DNA from: Candidatus Altimarinota bacterium | GTDB lineage: Bacteria; Patescibacteriota; Gracilibacteria; BD1-5; UBA2023 | NCBI GenBank assembly: GCA_031423995.1 | Contig: JANPGO010000060.1 | Location: 1 to 43,047, forward strand | Direction: 5' to 3' | DNA: 43,047 nucleotides | Shown here: positions 1-10,222 of the stretch, in pieces | How positions within the stretch are numbered: the first letter of the stretch is position 1 | How the letters are laid out: each line of letters starts with the position of its first letter | The notes under the pieces: model-generated | Told to the model about the DNA's origin: nothing | Seen by the model: only the letters and a program-made list of their open reading frames with translations | The model's database searches: none | Program-made: the position numbers and the translations under genes

Positions 1-54
1 TGGAAACAACATATGAGAATTATATCTGAAAGTCATAAAACAATAAAAAGGAAA

Positions 55-82
55 TTGCGTTTTCTCACTTTTTCCCTATGAT
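55..82 (+). promoter_or_regulatory. sigma70-like promoter of lepA, probably giving a leaderless mRNA
   Basis: TTGCGT(55-60)-16 nt-TATGAT(77-82); ATG at 89 is 6 nt downstream; no Shine-Dalgarno motif. Confidence 0.55.
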
Positions 83-88
83 GCGCGC

Positions 89-2146
89 ATGAACGCACCA
101 AAATCTATCAGAAATTTCTGTATCATTGCTCATATCGATCACGGGAAATCCACCCTCGCCGATCGCCTCATGGAGATCACAGGAACGCTCGAAAAGCGGG
201 AGATCCAGTCTCAGACGCTCGATCAGATGGATCTCGAACGAGAACGAGGAATCACGATCAAGCTCACCCCAGTCCGTATGGAATGGAAGTGAATCGAACT
301 CAATCTCATCGACACCCCGGGGCACGTCGATTTCCAATATGAAGTCTCTCGATCCCTCGCATCAGTTGAGTGAGCGATCCTCGTCGTCGATGCGACACAA
401 GGTATTGAGGCCCAGACCCTCTCGAATGTCTACCTCGCGATGGAGAATGATCTCACGATCATCCCAGTATTGAATAAGATCGACCTCCCCTCAGCCGATG
501 TCGAACGCGTGAGTGAAGAGGTGATGAATCTCCTCGGATGCAAGCGGGAAGATATCATTCCCGTATCAGCAAAAACAGGGATGAATGTCGAAACGATCCT
601 CGATGAAGTGATCCGACTCATTCCTGAACCGAAAAAACTCGATAATCAGTCGAACTTTGTACCAGTAAGCCCCCCTGAGAAGGGGGGGAGTCCGACTATT
701 TCTGTGGAGGACGGGGGGGTTGGCTTCTGAACGTCAGAGCAAACCCCTCCTCACCTCCCCTTATCAGGGGAGGATTGAGACAAAAAAACAGTGAAGTGAC
801 TCATCTTCGATTCTCAATACGATCCCTACAAATGAGTCGTCGTCTATCTCAAACTCTTCTCTGGACAGATAAAAAAATGAGACAAGCTCGAATTCATCAA
901 TACTGGCGCTCGAATCGAAGCCCTCGAAGTCGGATGTTTTCGTCCGAAATATTCCCCAACCAATGTCCTCTATGAAGGGGAAATTGGGTATGTCGTGACA
1001 GGATTGAAGTCTATCGTCGAGGCTCGTGTTGGTGATACAATATTTGCTGGGAATCCTGAAGCCAAGTATGCCATCAAGGGATTCAAGAAGATCACCCCCT
1101 ATATCTATGCAGGGATATTTCCTGTCGAGACCGATGAATACCCGAAGATGAAGGATGCCATGGAAAAACTCATGCTCAATGACTCCTCCCTCGTTGCAGA
1201 ACATGAAGCCTCTCCAGCACTCGGATATGGATTTCGCTGTGGATTCCTCGGACTGCTCCATCTCGATATCGTGAAGGAACGTCTCTGGCGAGAGCACGAT
1301 ATGGATGTCATCATCACGAGTCCTCAGGTTACCTACAAGGTACTCGTAAATGGGAACAAAGTAGCAGAATACCCTCGTGCAGCAGGGGAACTCGTGCACC
1401 TCATCCCTAACCCTTCTCCTAAAGGAGAAGGGAATGAGAAGCTGACATACCTCCCCCTCTCTGAAGGAGAGGGGGTTGGGGGGTGAGGTATATGTACGTA
1501 TCTCTCGATATCGAATCCGGAAGATCTCCCGAAACCTGGAACCTATATCCATATCGAAGAACCGATTGCCAAGGTCGAGATGATCACCCCGAATGAATAC
1601 ATCGGAAATCTCATGAACCTCGCTCAAGAGCGACGATGAGTATTCAAAAATCAGACCTACCTCGATGCGAATCGTGTCATCCTCCACTATGAGATCCCGA
1701 TGAGTGAACTCGTGGGCGATTATTATGATGACCTGAAGAGTCTCTCCAGTGGATATGCGAGCCTCCACTATGAGCCGATCCGTTTCCAGGAGGATGATAT
1801 CGTGAAGATGGATATCCGTGTGGCAGGCGATATTGTGGATGCCTTCTCCATGATGGCACATCGAGCACGGACTCGCTACCTCGGTGGGCGAATATGTGAG
1901 AAATTGAAGGAGAATATCCCGAAAGCACAGTTCGCGATCGCGATCCAGGCTGTAGTGGGCAATGATGTCGTCGCTCGTGAAGATATATCTGCTCTGCGCA
2001 AGGATGTGACTGCGAAGCTCTATGGAGGGGATATCACGCGCAAACGCAAACTCCTCGAGAAACAGAAAGAAGGAAAGAAGAAGATGAAACAATTCGGACG
2101 AGTCTCGATCCCAAGTGAGACGTTCGTAAATATACTGAAGAAGTAG
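89..2146 (+). CDS. lepA: Elongation factor 4 (LepA), 685 aa with two repeat-derived insertions
   Basis: [72 protein letters not shown]; fragments 89, 440, 995 and 1700 share one frame joined by TGA=Gly. Confidence 0.98.
670..773. repeat. Palindromic MITE-like element (family B), in frame in lepA
   Basis: CCCCTGAGAAGGGGGGG(672-688) is the near-perfect inverse of CCTCCCCTTATCAGGGG(754-770); each end is a hairpin; internal hairpin 713-750. Confidence 0.85.
1398..1489. repeat. Palindromic MITE-like element (family C), in frame in lepA
   Basis: ACCTCATCCCTAACCCTTCTCC...GGAGAGGGGGTTGGGGGGTGAGGT inverted ends; hairpins 1411-1432 and 1453-1475. Confidence 0.88.
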
Positions 2147-2150
2147 CTCC

Positions 2151-2498
2151 ATGCTCTCTACCTATAAAAAATCGCATCTCGAGAAGATTATCGCTCTCTA
2201 TATCGCTGAAAATCCGAAAATAGTGACTTTTTGTTTTGGGAAAAAGAGACCTATATTTCTCTCGAAATATTTGGAAGTCAATAGAGATCGTACAGATGGC
2301 ACGAGAAGGCTCCGATTTTTCGACGCTGCTATACGGTATCTGAAGAATGCTCAGCCTAAAGATGTATCCTCATATAGTTCCACGGAGTTCGAGATTATCT
2401 GAATTACGAGATCTGGAGAAAAATTCGCCATGCATATCCGAGAAGAATCGATCCAAAAGGACAAAAAACTCTTCCTCATATCTACTTTCGAAAAATAA
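2151..2498 (+). CDS. Small basic hypothetical protein (115 aa), possibly a RelE/BECR-like nuclease toxin
   Basis: ORF continues through TGA at 2400 to TAA 2496-2498; C-terminal beta-rich pattern FEIIGITRSGEKFAMHIREE...KLFLISTF; fold is inference only. Confidence 0.6.
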
Positions 2499-2634
2499 AA
2501 AAAACGAGAGACTATCTCGCATATAGCGGATTCTCCTCTCGTTCACTTCCTATTATATACCTCCGACTACACTGAAGCAGTACTTATTGCACGGAGACTC
2601 CAAACAGAGAAATGGTTCATGACGAACTTATGAG
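2497..2634 (-). ncRNA. Candidate ~135-nt sRNA convergent on the 2151-2498 ORF
   Basis: Minus-strand TTGCAT(2665-2660)-16 nt-TATACT(2643-2638); stems GACTC/GAGTC and CTCCG/CGGAG; terminator AACGAGAG/CTCTCGTT followed by a U run. Confidence 0.45.
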
Positions 2635-2682
2635 TCCAGTATATATCATACTATGAGAAATGCAAATTTTTTAGCAAAAAGA

Positions 2683-2726
2683 TCTCGATTCCTTCAGAAA
2701 CATTCGTGAATATACTGAAGAAGTAA
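2683..2726 (+). repeat. Duplicate of the lepA 3' end (att-like direct repeat of 2103-2146)
   Basis: Encodes [13 protein letters not shown] exactly as lepA does, with only synonymous differences. Confidence 0.9.
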
Positions 2727-2746
2727 CTATCTATAATAGAACAACT

Positions 2747-3992
2747 CTATTTAGCAGTTGATTTAGCATATAATTGATTAAACATTCTCCTTATAGCAAG
2801 GAAGTCATCAGTACTTATTCATCATACTAATTTTCTCATAGTTAATCATTCGAAACGAATCTGTAAGAGTCAAATAGTTTTTGTGAGTCAGTCAATTTTA
2901 CCTTCTAATCCGTCTATAGTAGCTGCACTCATGGTTCATCGCTCTGTTAAAGTAGTAATTTCTCCATTTTTATCAGATATTTCTCGTTGCAAATCAGTAT
3001 TTGCTCAACTCATACGTGCAATCTCTGCTTGCATCTGAGCTATTGTTGCCTGTGCAGCTTGTAAATTTGCATTTTTTGTACCAATTACCTGATCCTGATC
3101 TGATAGTTCTCATTGGAGCCTACCAACTCTTTCTAAGGCACGTGTGGTAGCATTACGAGCATTGGCAACGGCAGCAATTGTTCAATTTCACCTATACCGT
3201 GGCTCGCTATTTGTATCTATTTGTTTCGTCATTTTCTGACTGTTTTGAAGCGTGAACTGAAGAGTGAGTGTACCATCAGGTAACAAGACATGATTCTCGA
3301 GAGTATCGAAATCTGGAATATCACCAACTCGTGCATCATTCCTATAGACTCACGTAGGTCCGTCTTTCATACTCATTGTATAGAATACTGTATTATTTAC
3401 GGTAATTCAGAGCATTTCTAGTCTTCTATCTTCGATATCTCATGGAGTTTGTATTTTTTGTTGGTTCTGCAGACTTATCAATAGGTTGAGTATATATCTC
3501 TCCGTTGTCGATAAATGCCACTGTATGTTCATTGGTGACATGATCACGAACATCCTTCGTAACGTCGAATGTTCGTCTGTCAAGCTCACCATCCTTATCT
3601 ACAGATAGTGTATGAGGGTTGACGACTATACCCTTTGAGGTTTTTACGATGACTCTCTCTGGATAAAATACGATACTATTTCAAGCGGTATCCCATATTT
3701 GTGGAACTACTTTTCCATTTATCATCAATCGTGTTTCAGAATCTAGATTTGCATTGTAATTATATCCTAAGGTATATTCTCATATTCTGACAACCGTATC
3801 AGGACCTTGTCTACTATATTCTCTATCATTAACATAATTAGCGAGCTCTAATACTGACACTGAACGGCCTATTTCAGGTACACCTTCAATTTTATTTCCG
3901 AAATCAAATGTTTCAAGATCCGTTACTGTATATGGTAATGGCGTTGATTTCATTGCTGCATCTTGAGCATCACTATGTGCTAAGGTTGTCAT
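2747..3992 (-). pseudogene. ~414-aa hypothetical protein with C-terminal coiled coil, split by one +1 frameshift
   Basis: Frame from ATG 3992 stops at 3426; removing one base of the T6 run at 3454-3459 gives an open frame to TAG 2747-2749; heptad-like NLQAAQATIAQMQAEIARM segment. Confidence 0.65.
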
Positions 3993-4142
3993 AGTAAGTA
4001 AGGTAATATGATAAAATCATGTATATGATACAATAATATTAGATAATTTGCAAGTTAATTTCATTTTTTATCGTACAATATATTTCTCTTTTTCTGTTGC
4101 AGGAAATATGAAATCAGATATAGTCTATGACCAGAAAATAGT

Positions 4143-5003
4143 ATGCTCTCTTCATTCCTCGGCTACATCATCGAAATACTCGGACGTGAGTGGATATTTC
4201 TCACGATTCTCTGTGTTGCGATCCTTATCGAACTCATGACCAAGAAGGTGAAGAAAAAACTGAAGAGTAAGATATTTGTCTACTCTGAAGATGCAGAGAA
4301 TATGCATGACCGAGAATACTACCTGGAGTATTATAAAAAAATTCAGGGAATTGACATCATCCGCTCATTCTCCTTCACGATCGCACTCTCCCTGATCCTC
4401 GTCGGGAAAGCAGGACTCAATATCAACTTCTTCGCCCTCGCAGCAGGTGCACTCATTGTGATATTCAAGGATCTCTGGATCTCGATTGCGGCATTTTTTA
4501 TCGTCGTACCGCAGTACAGAATCGGTGATACGATCTCGATCGATGGGATTCAGGGACAGATCATCTTCATTCGAGTATTCTCAGTGGGTATTCTCGGGAA
4601 GGATACCAATGGGGAAAGTACCTGACAACTCTATATGGTGCCCAATTTCAAATTCCTCTCCGAAAATATCCGCAAGGAGCAGATCGGAAGCGATGAGATC
4701 ATGCGAGATTTCTTTCAGATTCCCTACAAGAAAGAATGGTTCAATACAGAATTCGATACCTTCATGGAAGAACTGAAGAAATACCTCGACACGATATTCC
4801 CGATGGGAAGCCGAAAAAATATCGGAAACTATCAGTCCTATATCGGTTACAGGTACAAGCTCGACTATGAATACCGGGAAGACAAGTGTCTCATGATCCA
4901 ACTGTCATTCGTCGGAAAACCTGATCGCAATCACCGAAATATGGAGAAAATAATTACTTTTATCGAAGGACAAAAAGGTAAAAAAGAGAACATCGAAGAA
5001 TAG
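4143..5003 (+). CDS. MscS-family mechanosensitive channel protein
   Basis: N-terminal TM segments, then YRIGDTISIDGIQGQIIFIRVFS...GQLYMVPN, which is the MscS beta-domain pattern; one TGA at 4623. Confidence 0.8.
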
Positions 5004-5012
5004 GGAAGGAAC

Positions 5013-5507
5013 TTACACATCAAGTTCATAGAAGGCGACTCTTTTTCCTTCCGTATCCTTCACTTCTATGAGGTGGAATCAGAGTTCAGAATATATTTGC
5101 ATGAGTTTTGGTTCATGCGCATTGGTATCTACGCATATTTTCGAAACCTTATTTTGTCTCGCAACTTCTTTTGCGAAGTCGATAAGTGTTCATGGAAGTC
5201 CCGCTTTCGCGAATTGGTGATCGATGCAGAGCCATTGAATATACAGATGCCACAATTTCTGATCTCCTCACACTCTCTCGATATGGAGAATGGCGCCTAC
5301 AGCTGGCGTTTCTCAGAGAAATCACACAAAACATTCATCAGGATTTCCATACTGACATATGAGTTCGTGTGTGATACTTTCATATTTCCACCATTCTGAA
5401 ACATGTTTCCCATTCTCTGAAAGCCACTTTGATGATTCCTTGATGAGAAAAATAAGGCTATCAATATCAGCACGGAAGTGGAGTTCTCAATGAGAAATAT
5501 TAGACAG
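5013..5507 (-). CDS. GNAT-family N-acetyltransferase (start codon uncertain)
   Basis: LYIQWLCIDHQFAKAGLPGTLIDFAKEVARQNKVSKICVDT...KLMQIYSELGF; no in-frame ATG after the upstream TAA, CTG at 5507 assumed. Confidence 0.75.
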
Positions 5508-5573
5508 AAATTTTTACGCTAATAGTAAATTAATTTCGCCTCAAAGTACTTTTGAATAGTTTCTCCGAGGAAG

Positions 5574-6866
5574 TTATAATATTGCTCCATCCTTCATCTT
5601 CACTCTTCCTCCTACGAGAGTAGAGACTGCCTTTCCTGTGAGTTTCTTTCCATTGAAGATACAGTTCTTCCCTTTGGAATAGCTCTTCTCAGGATTGACT
5701 ATCCATTCTTGCTTGGTATCGAAGAGTGCAATATCAGCATCAGCTCACTCAGAGAGCGTTCATTTGTCTATCCGAATAATATGGGCAGGACCGCTCGTCA
5801 TCATACGAATACCCTCAACAAGCGGTATATGCCCAGTCTCTACGAGATAAGTATTCATGACCGCGAAGCTCGTCTCGACTCATGTCGATCAGAACGATGC
5901 ATCCTGAAATGACTTCATCTTATCAGGTTCAGTATGTGGAGCGTGATCGGTTGTGAAGGCATCAATCAGTCATTCCTTGATTGCTTCAACCACTGCATCC
6001 ACATGGTCATGAGATCGAAGGGGAGGATACATTTTGGCATTGGTATTGTAGCCGAAACACTCTTCATCCGTGAGAGCAAAGTGTTGAACAGAAACCTCTG
6101 CAGAAATATTGGTGAGTTTTTTTTCTTTTTTCGCAATACGAATAGCACCCATAGCTCACTTGGTTGAGTTATGGAGGAGATGGAATCTGCATCCAGATTT
6201 TTCTGCGAGGAGGATATTCTTCCAGACTGACATATCCTCTGTCACGTCGGAGGTTCCTGGGAGTCCGAGCTGGGTCGATACCCATCATTCATGCATCACT
6301 CCATCCTCAGTGAGATCCTCACATTCACAGTGACTCATGAGGAGCATATCATGCGTCTTAGCGTATTTCATGGCTCTGAGAAGGAGTCACTCATCCTGGA
6401 CGTCATGCCCATCATCCGTGACCGCGACAACTCCTGACTGTTTCATCTCCCACATCTCAGAGAGTTCATTTCATTCGAGTTTTTTTGTGATCGCTCAAGA
6501 GGGATAGACATTGATGAGATCGAGCTCTTTGGAACGATTGATGATGTAGCGAACCTGACTCTGTCAATCAACGGTCGGATGAGTATTCGGCATCGTCACA
6601 ACGGAAGTGATACCTCAGGCGAGACACGCCCTGGATCATGTCTCGATCGTCTCCTTGTCTTCACGTCCTGGTTCACGAAAGTGTACCTGCATATCGATCA
6701 GACCTGGTGTGACGACCAGTCCAGTCGCATCGATAATCTCGTCAGCTTCAACTGCGAGAGATTTTCCTACTTTTTTGATTTTGGTTCATTCGATCAGGAT
6801 ATCGAGTACTTCATCTCGATTATTTGCCGGATCGATCACGTGACCATTTTTGATGAGGATGCTCAT
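5574..6866 (-). CDS. pyrC: Dihydroorotase (long, type I)
   Basis: [32 protein letters not shown]; 430 aa; directly downstream of pyrB. Confidence 0.95.
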
Positions 6867-6886
6867 ACGAGAAGGGGATAAATGTA

Positions 6887-7879
6887 CTAGAAACGGGTAA
6901 ATGACTTGATCTGTCCATCAAAACGCTTTGAGAGGAGCCATAGTATTGCTTTACGGACAGCCATACCATTCTCGACTTGTTTCAGGATATACGACTGAGA
7001 ATGTCGGGCTACGAGCGGTGACATGATATCGATATCACGAATCACGGGACCAGGATGCATCAGTATGGCATCCTTCTTCGCGAGATTGAATCGTCGTTCA
7101 TTGATACCGAATGTCTTCGAATATTCACGTAGGGTTGGAATATATCATTTTGCTCAGCGTTCTTCTTGTACTCGGAGAGCGTAGACGACATCCGCTCCCG
7201 TGATAGCCTCTTCAGAGCTCGTATAGTGAACGACTCAGAATCGTTCTACATGGTCAGGGATGAGTGTGATCGGAGCAGCGATGCGAACTGTTGCACCAAA
7301 ACGTACCAATAACCTGACGAGAGAACCAAAGACTCGCGAATGCATGATATCACCGACGATGGTGACAATCTTTCATGAGAGATCAGTCGTACCGAAATAA
7401 TCAACAATCGTGAGGAGATCAAGAAGTCACTGCGTCGGATGTTCATGCCACCCATCTCATGCATTCACTATCGCTGCCTGCACATGTCGAGCAAGGTGAC
7501 TCGGAATTCAGGATTCTCGTGATCGTACGATGATCACCGATACATTGTACGCGTCGAGCGTCTCGGCAGTATCGACATAGCTTTCTCACTTCTTGACAGA
7601 ACTCGTCGATCCGACGTTATTCGTATCCATCGAGAGGTGCTTCCCTGAGAGATCAAAACTCGACATCGTCCGGGTCGAATTCTCGAAAAACGCATTGATC
7701 ATCGATTGTCATCGGCAGAGATTGAGTTTCTCTGTCTTGGCATCACGAAATACTCTCGCGAGCTCGAAGATGAGTCATATATCCTCATCGGTCATATCAT
7801 CGACCGAGCAGAGGTCAAAAAAAGAAACATCCCGATCGTTTCTGGTACGAAGCAGGACATTTTCTGTTGAATCAATCAT
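6887..7879 (-). CDS. pyrB: Aspartate carbamoyltransferase catalytic subunit
   Basis: FFENSTRT, VNAGDGWHEHPTQGLLD, GDIMHSRV, RVQEER, MHPGP. Confidence 0.96.
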
Positions 7880-7937
7880 ACAATTATATACTTAGGATAT
7901 ACTCTTTCCTATCTTTCTGGAACAATTATCGTGGAGA

Positions 7938-7965
7938 ATTATAGAAATATCAGAATAAATGTCAA
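7938..7965 (-). promoter_or_regulatory. sigma70 promoter of pyrB-pyrC
   Basis: Perfect TTGACA-16 nt-TATAAT on the minus strand, 58 nt upstream of pyrB. Confidence 0.8.
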
Positions 7966-8046
7966 AGACTTTGAAAAAATTTCCTTTGTCAATAATTTCT
8001 ATGAATCGAATTATTCCACAAATACACTTTTGTGAGAAATGAAAAT

Positions 8047-8074
8047 TTGCGATTCTTGAATTTTCTCCTATAAT
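8047..8074 (+). promoter_or_regulatory. sigma70 promoter of the pyrD transcript
   Basis: TTGCGA-16 nt-TATAAT. Confidence 0.65.
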
Positions 8075-8169
8075 CCACACTCATGAATCTCGCTCGAAAC
8101 TCACACTTTCTCCGATGACAAAGGCTCTCCGCTTTTGTCATTTTTTGAAATAATTGATTCTCTCGGGAA

Positions 8170-8212
8170 GAGATTTCTCGACTTCAGCTATCGCCTTCGC
8201 TCGAAATGACAG
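8170..8212. repeat. Family A repeat, right-end half
   Basis: AGATTTCTCG...TTCGCTCGAAATGACAG matches 15216-15265; its 3' end is the inverse of TGTCATTTCGAGCGAA at 29376. Confidence 0.75.
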
Positions 8213-8298
8213 TATAGTTTCATCTATCTGCTCGTCAACATTCCAGCACTCGATCCCTCTAATCTTCCAAGATTCCAACCTTCTAACCTTCTCAGCAT

Positions 8299-9213
8299 AT
8301 GCCATTCTTCTCCAAATTCGCTGTGTTCAATGCCTCAGGTCCACACTGTACCACGCTCGAAGAGCTCGAGCGAATTGCAGAGAGTGATGCAGACTATGTC
8401 GTGATGAAGTCTTGTACCCTCGAGCCTCGAGAAGGCAATCCAGAGCCACGATATCACACATTCGAGGGAGGATCGATCAACTCCATGGGACTTCCGAATC
8501 TCGGCTATGAGAAATACATCGAATTCTCTCATATTCTCACAGAGAAATATAAGAAGCCAGTCATCGCGAGTATCGTCGGGATGAAGCCTGAGGATTTCCC
8601 GACGATCGTTGAGGCATTTGAGTCACGAGGAGCTGCGAAAGCACTCGAAATCAATCTCTCTTGTCCAAATGTAGTCGGGAAACCCCAGATTGCCTATGAC
8701 TTCGATGACTCTCGGGAAATACTTGAGAAGGTCTGCAAGTACAAGAAAAATACTGCCTTCGGCGTGAAACTCCCTCCGTATTTTGACTTCGCTCACTATG
8801 AAGCGATGGCAGCCGTGCTTCGTGACTTTCCGATCGACTTTATCACCTGTGTGAACTCAGTCGGGAATACGCTCGTCCTCGATCCTCTGACCCATCGACC
8901 GGTGATCAAGCCAAAAGGAGGATTCGGTGGACTCGGTGGTGCGATGATCAAGCCGGTTGCCCTCGCCAATGCTCGCAAGTTCTATGAACTCCTTGGGGAC
9001 AGTATCCAGGTCGTCGGATGTGGTGGGATCGTGAATGGGATCGATGCCTATGAGTACTCACTCTGTGGAGCCTCTGCGATCCAGATCGGGACAGAGTATG
9101 ACCGAGAAGGGAATAGCGTCTTCGGCCGAGTGAAGGCAGAAGCAACAGAATATGCACTCACACAAGGATGGGAAAATATCGAGGAATCGAAGGGAAAACT
9201 CGAAGTATTATAA
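8299..9213 (+). CDS. pyrD: Dihydroorotate dehydrogenase, class 1A-like
   Basis: NASG, KSCT, SINSMGLPNLG, EINLSCPNV, VKLPPY, VNSVGN, GFGGLGG. Confidence 0.95.
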   Translation: MPFFSKFAVFNASGPHCTTLEELERIAESDADYVVMKSCTLEPREGNPEPRYHTFEGGSINSMGLPNLGYEKYIEFSHILTEKYKKPVIASIVGMKPEDFPTIVEAFESRGAAKALEINLSCPNVVGKPQIAYDFDDSREILEKVCKYKKNTAFGVKLPPYFDFAHYEAMAAVLRDFPIDFITCVNSVGNTLVLDPLTHRPVIKPKGGFGGLGGAMIKPVALANARKFYELLGDSIQVVGCGGIVNGIDAYEYSLCGASAIQIGTEYDREGNSVFGRVKAEATEYALTQGWENIEESKGKLEVL

Positions 9214-9251
9214 ATAATTTGATTTTATCGAAAACAGATTATACTGAAAAT

Positions 9252-9401
9252 ATGAAAAAAGAACAAGACGACATGACTACTGATGAGCTTTCAGTTCACC
9301 TTGATACTTTTATCGATGAACAGACGGTCTTACTCGGACAAGAAATTCGTGACTATAATATCAGAAAGTCTCACTATGAAAAAGATTATCTGGTCGCATA
9401 G
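9252..9401 (+). CDS. Small acidic protein (49 aa), putative antitoxin
   Basis: ATG just downstream of a TATACT box; overlaps the next ORF; acidic N-terminal half. Confidence 0.45.
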   Translation: MKKEQDDMTTDELSVHLDTFIDEQTVLLGQEIRDYNIRKSHYEKDYLVA

Positions 9402-9699
9402 ATCAAAAAATAACATAAAAGAGTATATCACCGAATACAGGTGATATTTTTTGGAGCTCTACTCTGATACCGGACTCGGTGAAAGTGAAATAGTGATCAA
9501 AGAAAATTATAACAGAGAAGCTAAAATGAGAAGAAGAGAAATACTCCTATTAATAGAAAAACGCCTTTCTTCTGAGGTTATTTTTGGTCGAACTCTTGTG
9601 AATTCACTCATTCTCCAATGGCGATCCAAGGTGATATTCATCACTTGGGAAGAGCTCAATAATGATATACGGAGGATAGTAGATCTAGAAATTCGATAA
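9376..9699 (+). CDS. Putative RelE/ParE-like toxin (107 aa)
   Basis: Starts MKKIIWSHRSKNNIKEYI and ends KVIFITWEELNNDIRRIVDLEIR, resembling RelE/ParE termini; reads through one TGA. Confidence 0.5.
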
Positions 9700-9724
9700 C
9701 TTTTTATTCATTACTGTATTCTTG

Positions 9725-10213
9725 ATGAGAAAAACTATTATCGGTGTTATGTGACCATGACCAAATGCAACAGAAAAAGAAATCAGATCCTGATATGAAA
9801 TCTGAAAGCTTATTGCATCTGAATGATGGATAACGCTTACTGGTTGATCGAATACTGGAATCATGGATTCGGCCCTTCATGGAGCAAAGGATGCAGGAGG
9901 TATGACTATAGGAATCCTCCCCTCGAAAGATCCTTCAAAGACTTCAATTTTTGTAGATATCCCTATCTATACAAATATGGGAAGTGGGAGGAATGTGATA
10001 AATGTTCTCTCGAGCGATATTATCATCGCTTGTGGTATCGGACAATGAACCGCTTCGGAAGTCTCACTTGCACTCAAAGAGAATAAGAAAGTTATTTTAT
10101 ATTGAACAAGTGAATCTGCAGAAAAGTTCTTCCAAGAAATCTGAAAAGAAAATATCTTCATTGCCAGTAATTGTCAGGAAGTAATAGAAATAATAAAAAA
10201 TCAACTTAATTAG
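9725..10213 (+). CDS. LOG/TIGR00725-family (SLOG) protein
   Basis: IIGVMGPG, LTGGSNTGIMDSALHGAKDAGGMTIGILP, GSGRNVINVLSSD, GQGTASEV. Confidence 0.9.
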
Positions 10214-10222
10214 TATTTATTT

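Noticed and set aside
1-46. 3' end of an upstream gene (frame 2 ends at TAA 44-46)
   Set aside because: Only 14 codons visible; cannot be supported or identified
670-1489. LepA insertions read as inteins or self-splicing introns
   Set aside because: Only about 30-50 aa, no intein terminal Cys/His-Asn residues, no group I or II core; they are DNA palindromes repeated elsewhere
764-2152. 462-aa minus-strand ORF, and similar long antisense ORFs such as 30068-30910 and 31758-32414
   Set aside because: Shadows of lepA, tyrS and other real genes; no recognisable motifs
7892-8250. Protein-coding gene between pyrB and pyrD
   Set aside because: Region is explained by two divergent promoters, a leader and a repeat; translations lack convincing starts or motifs
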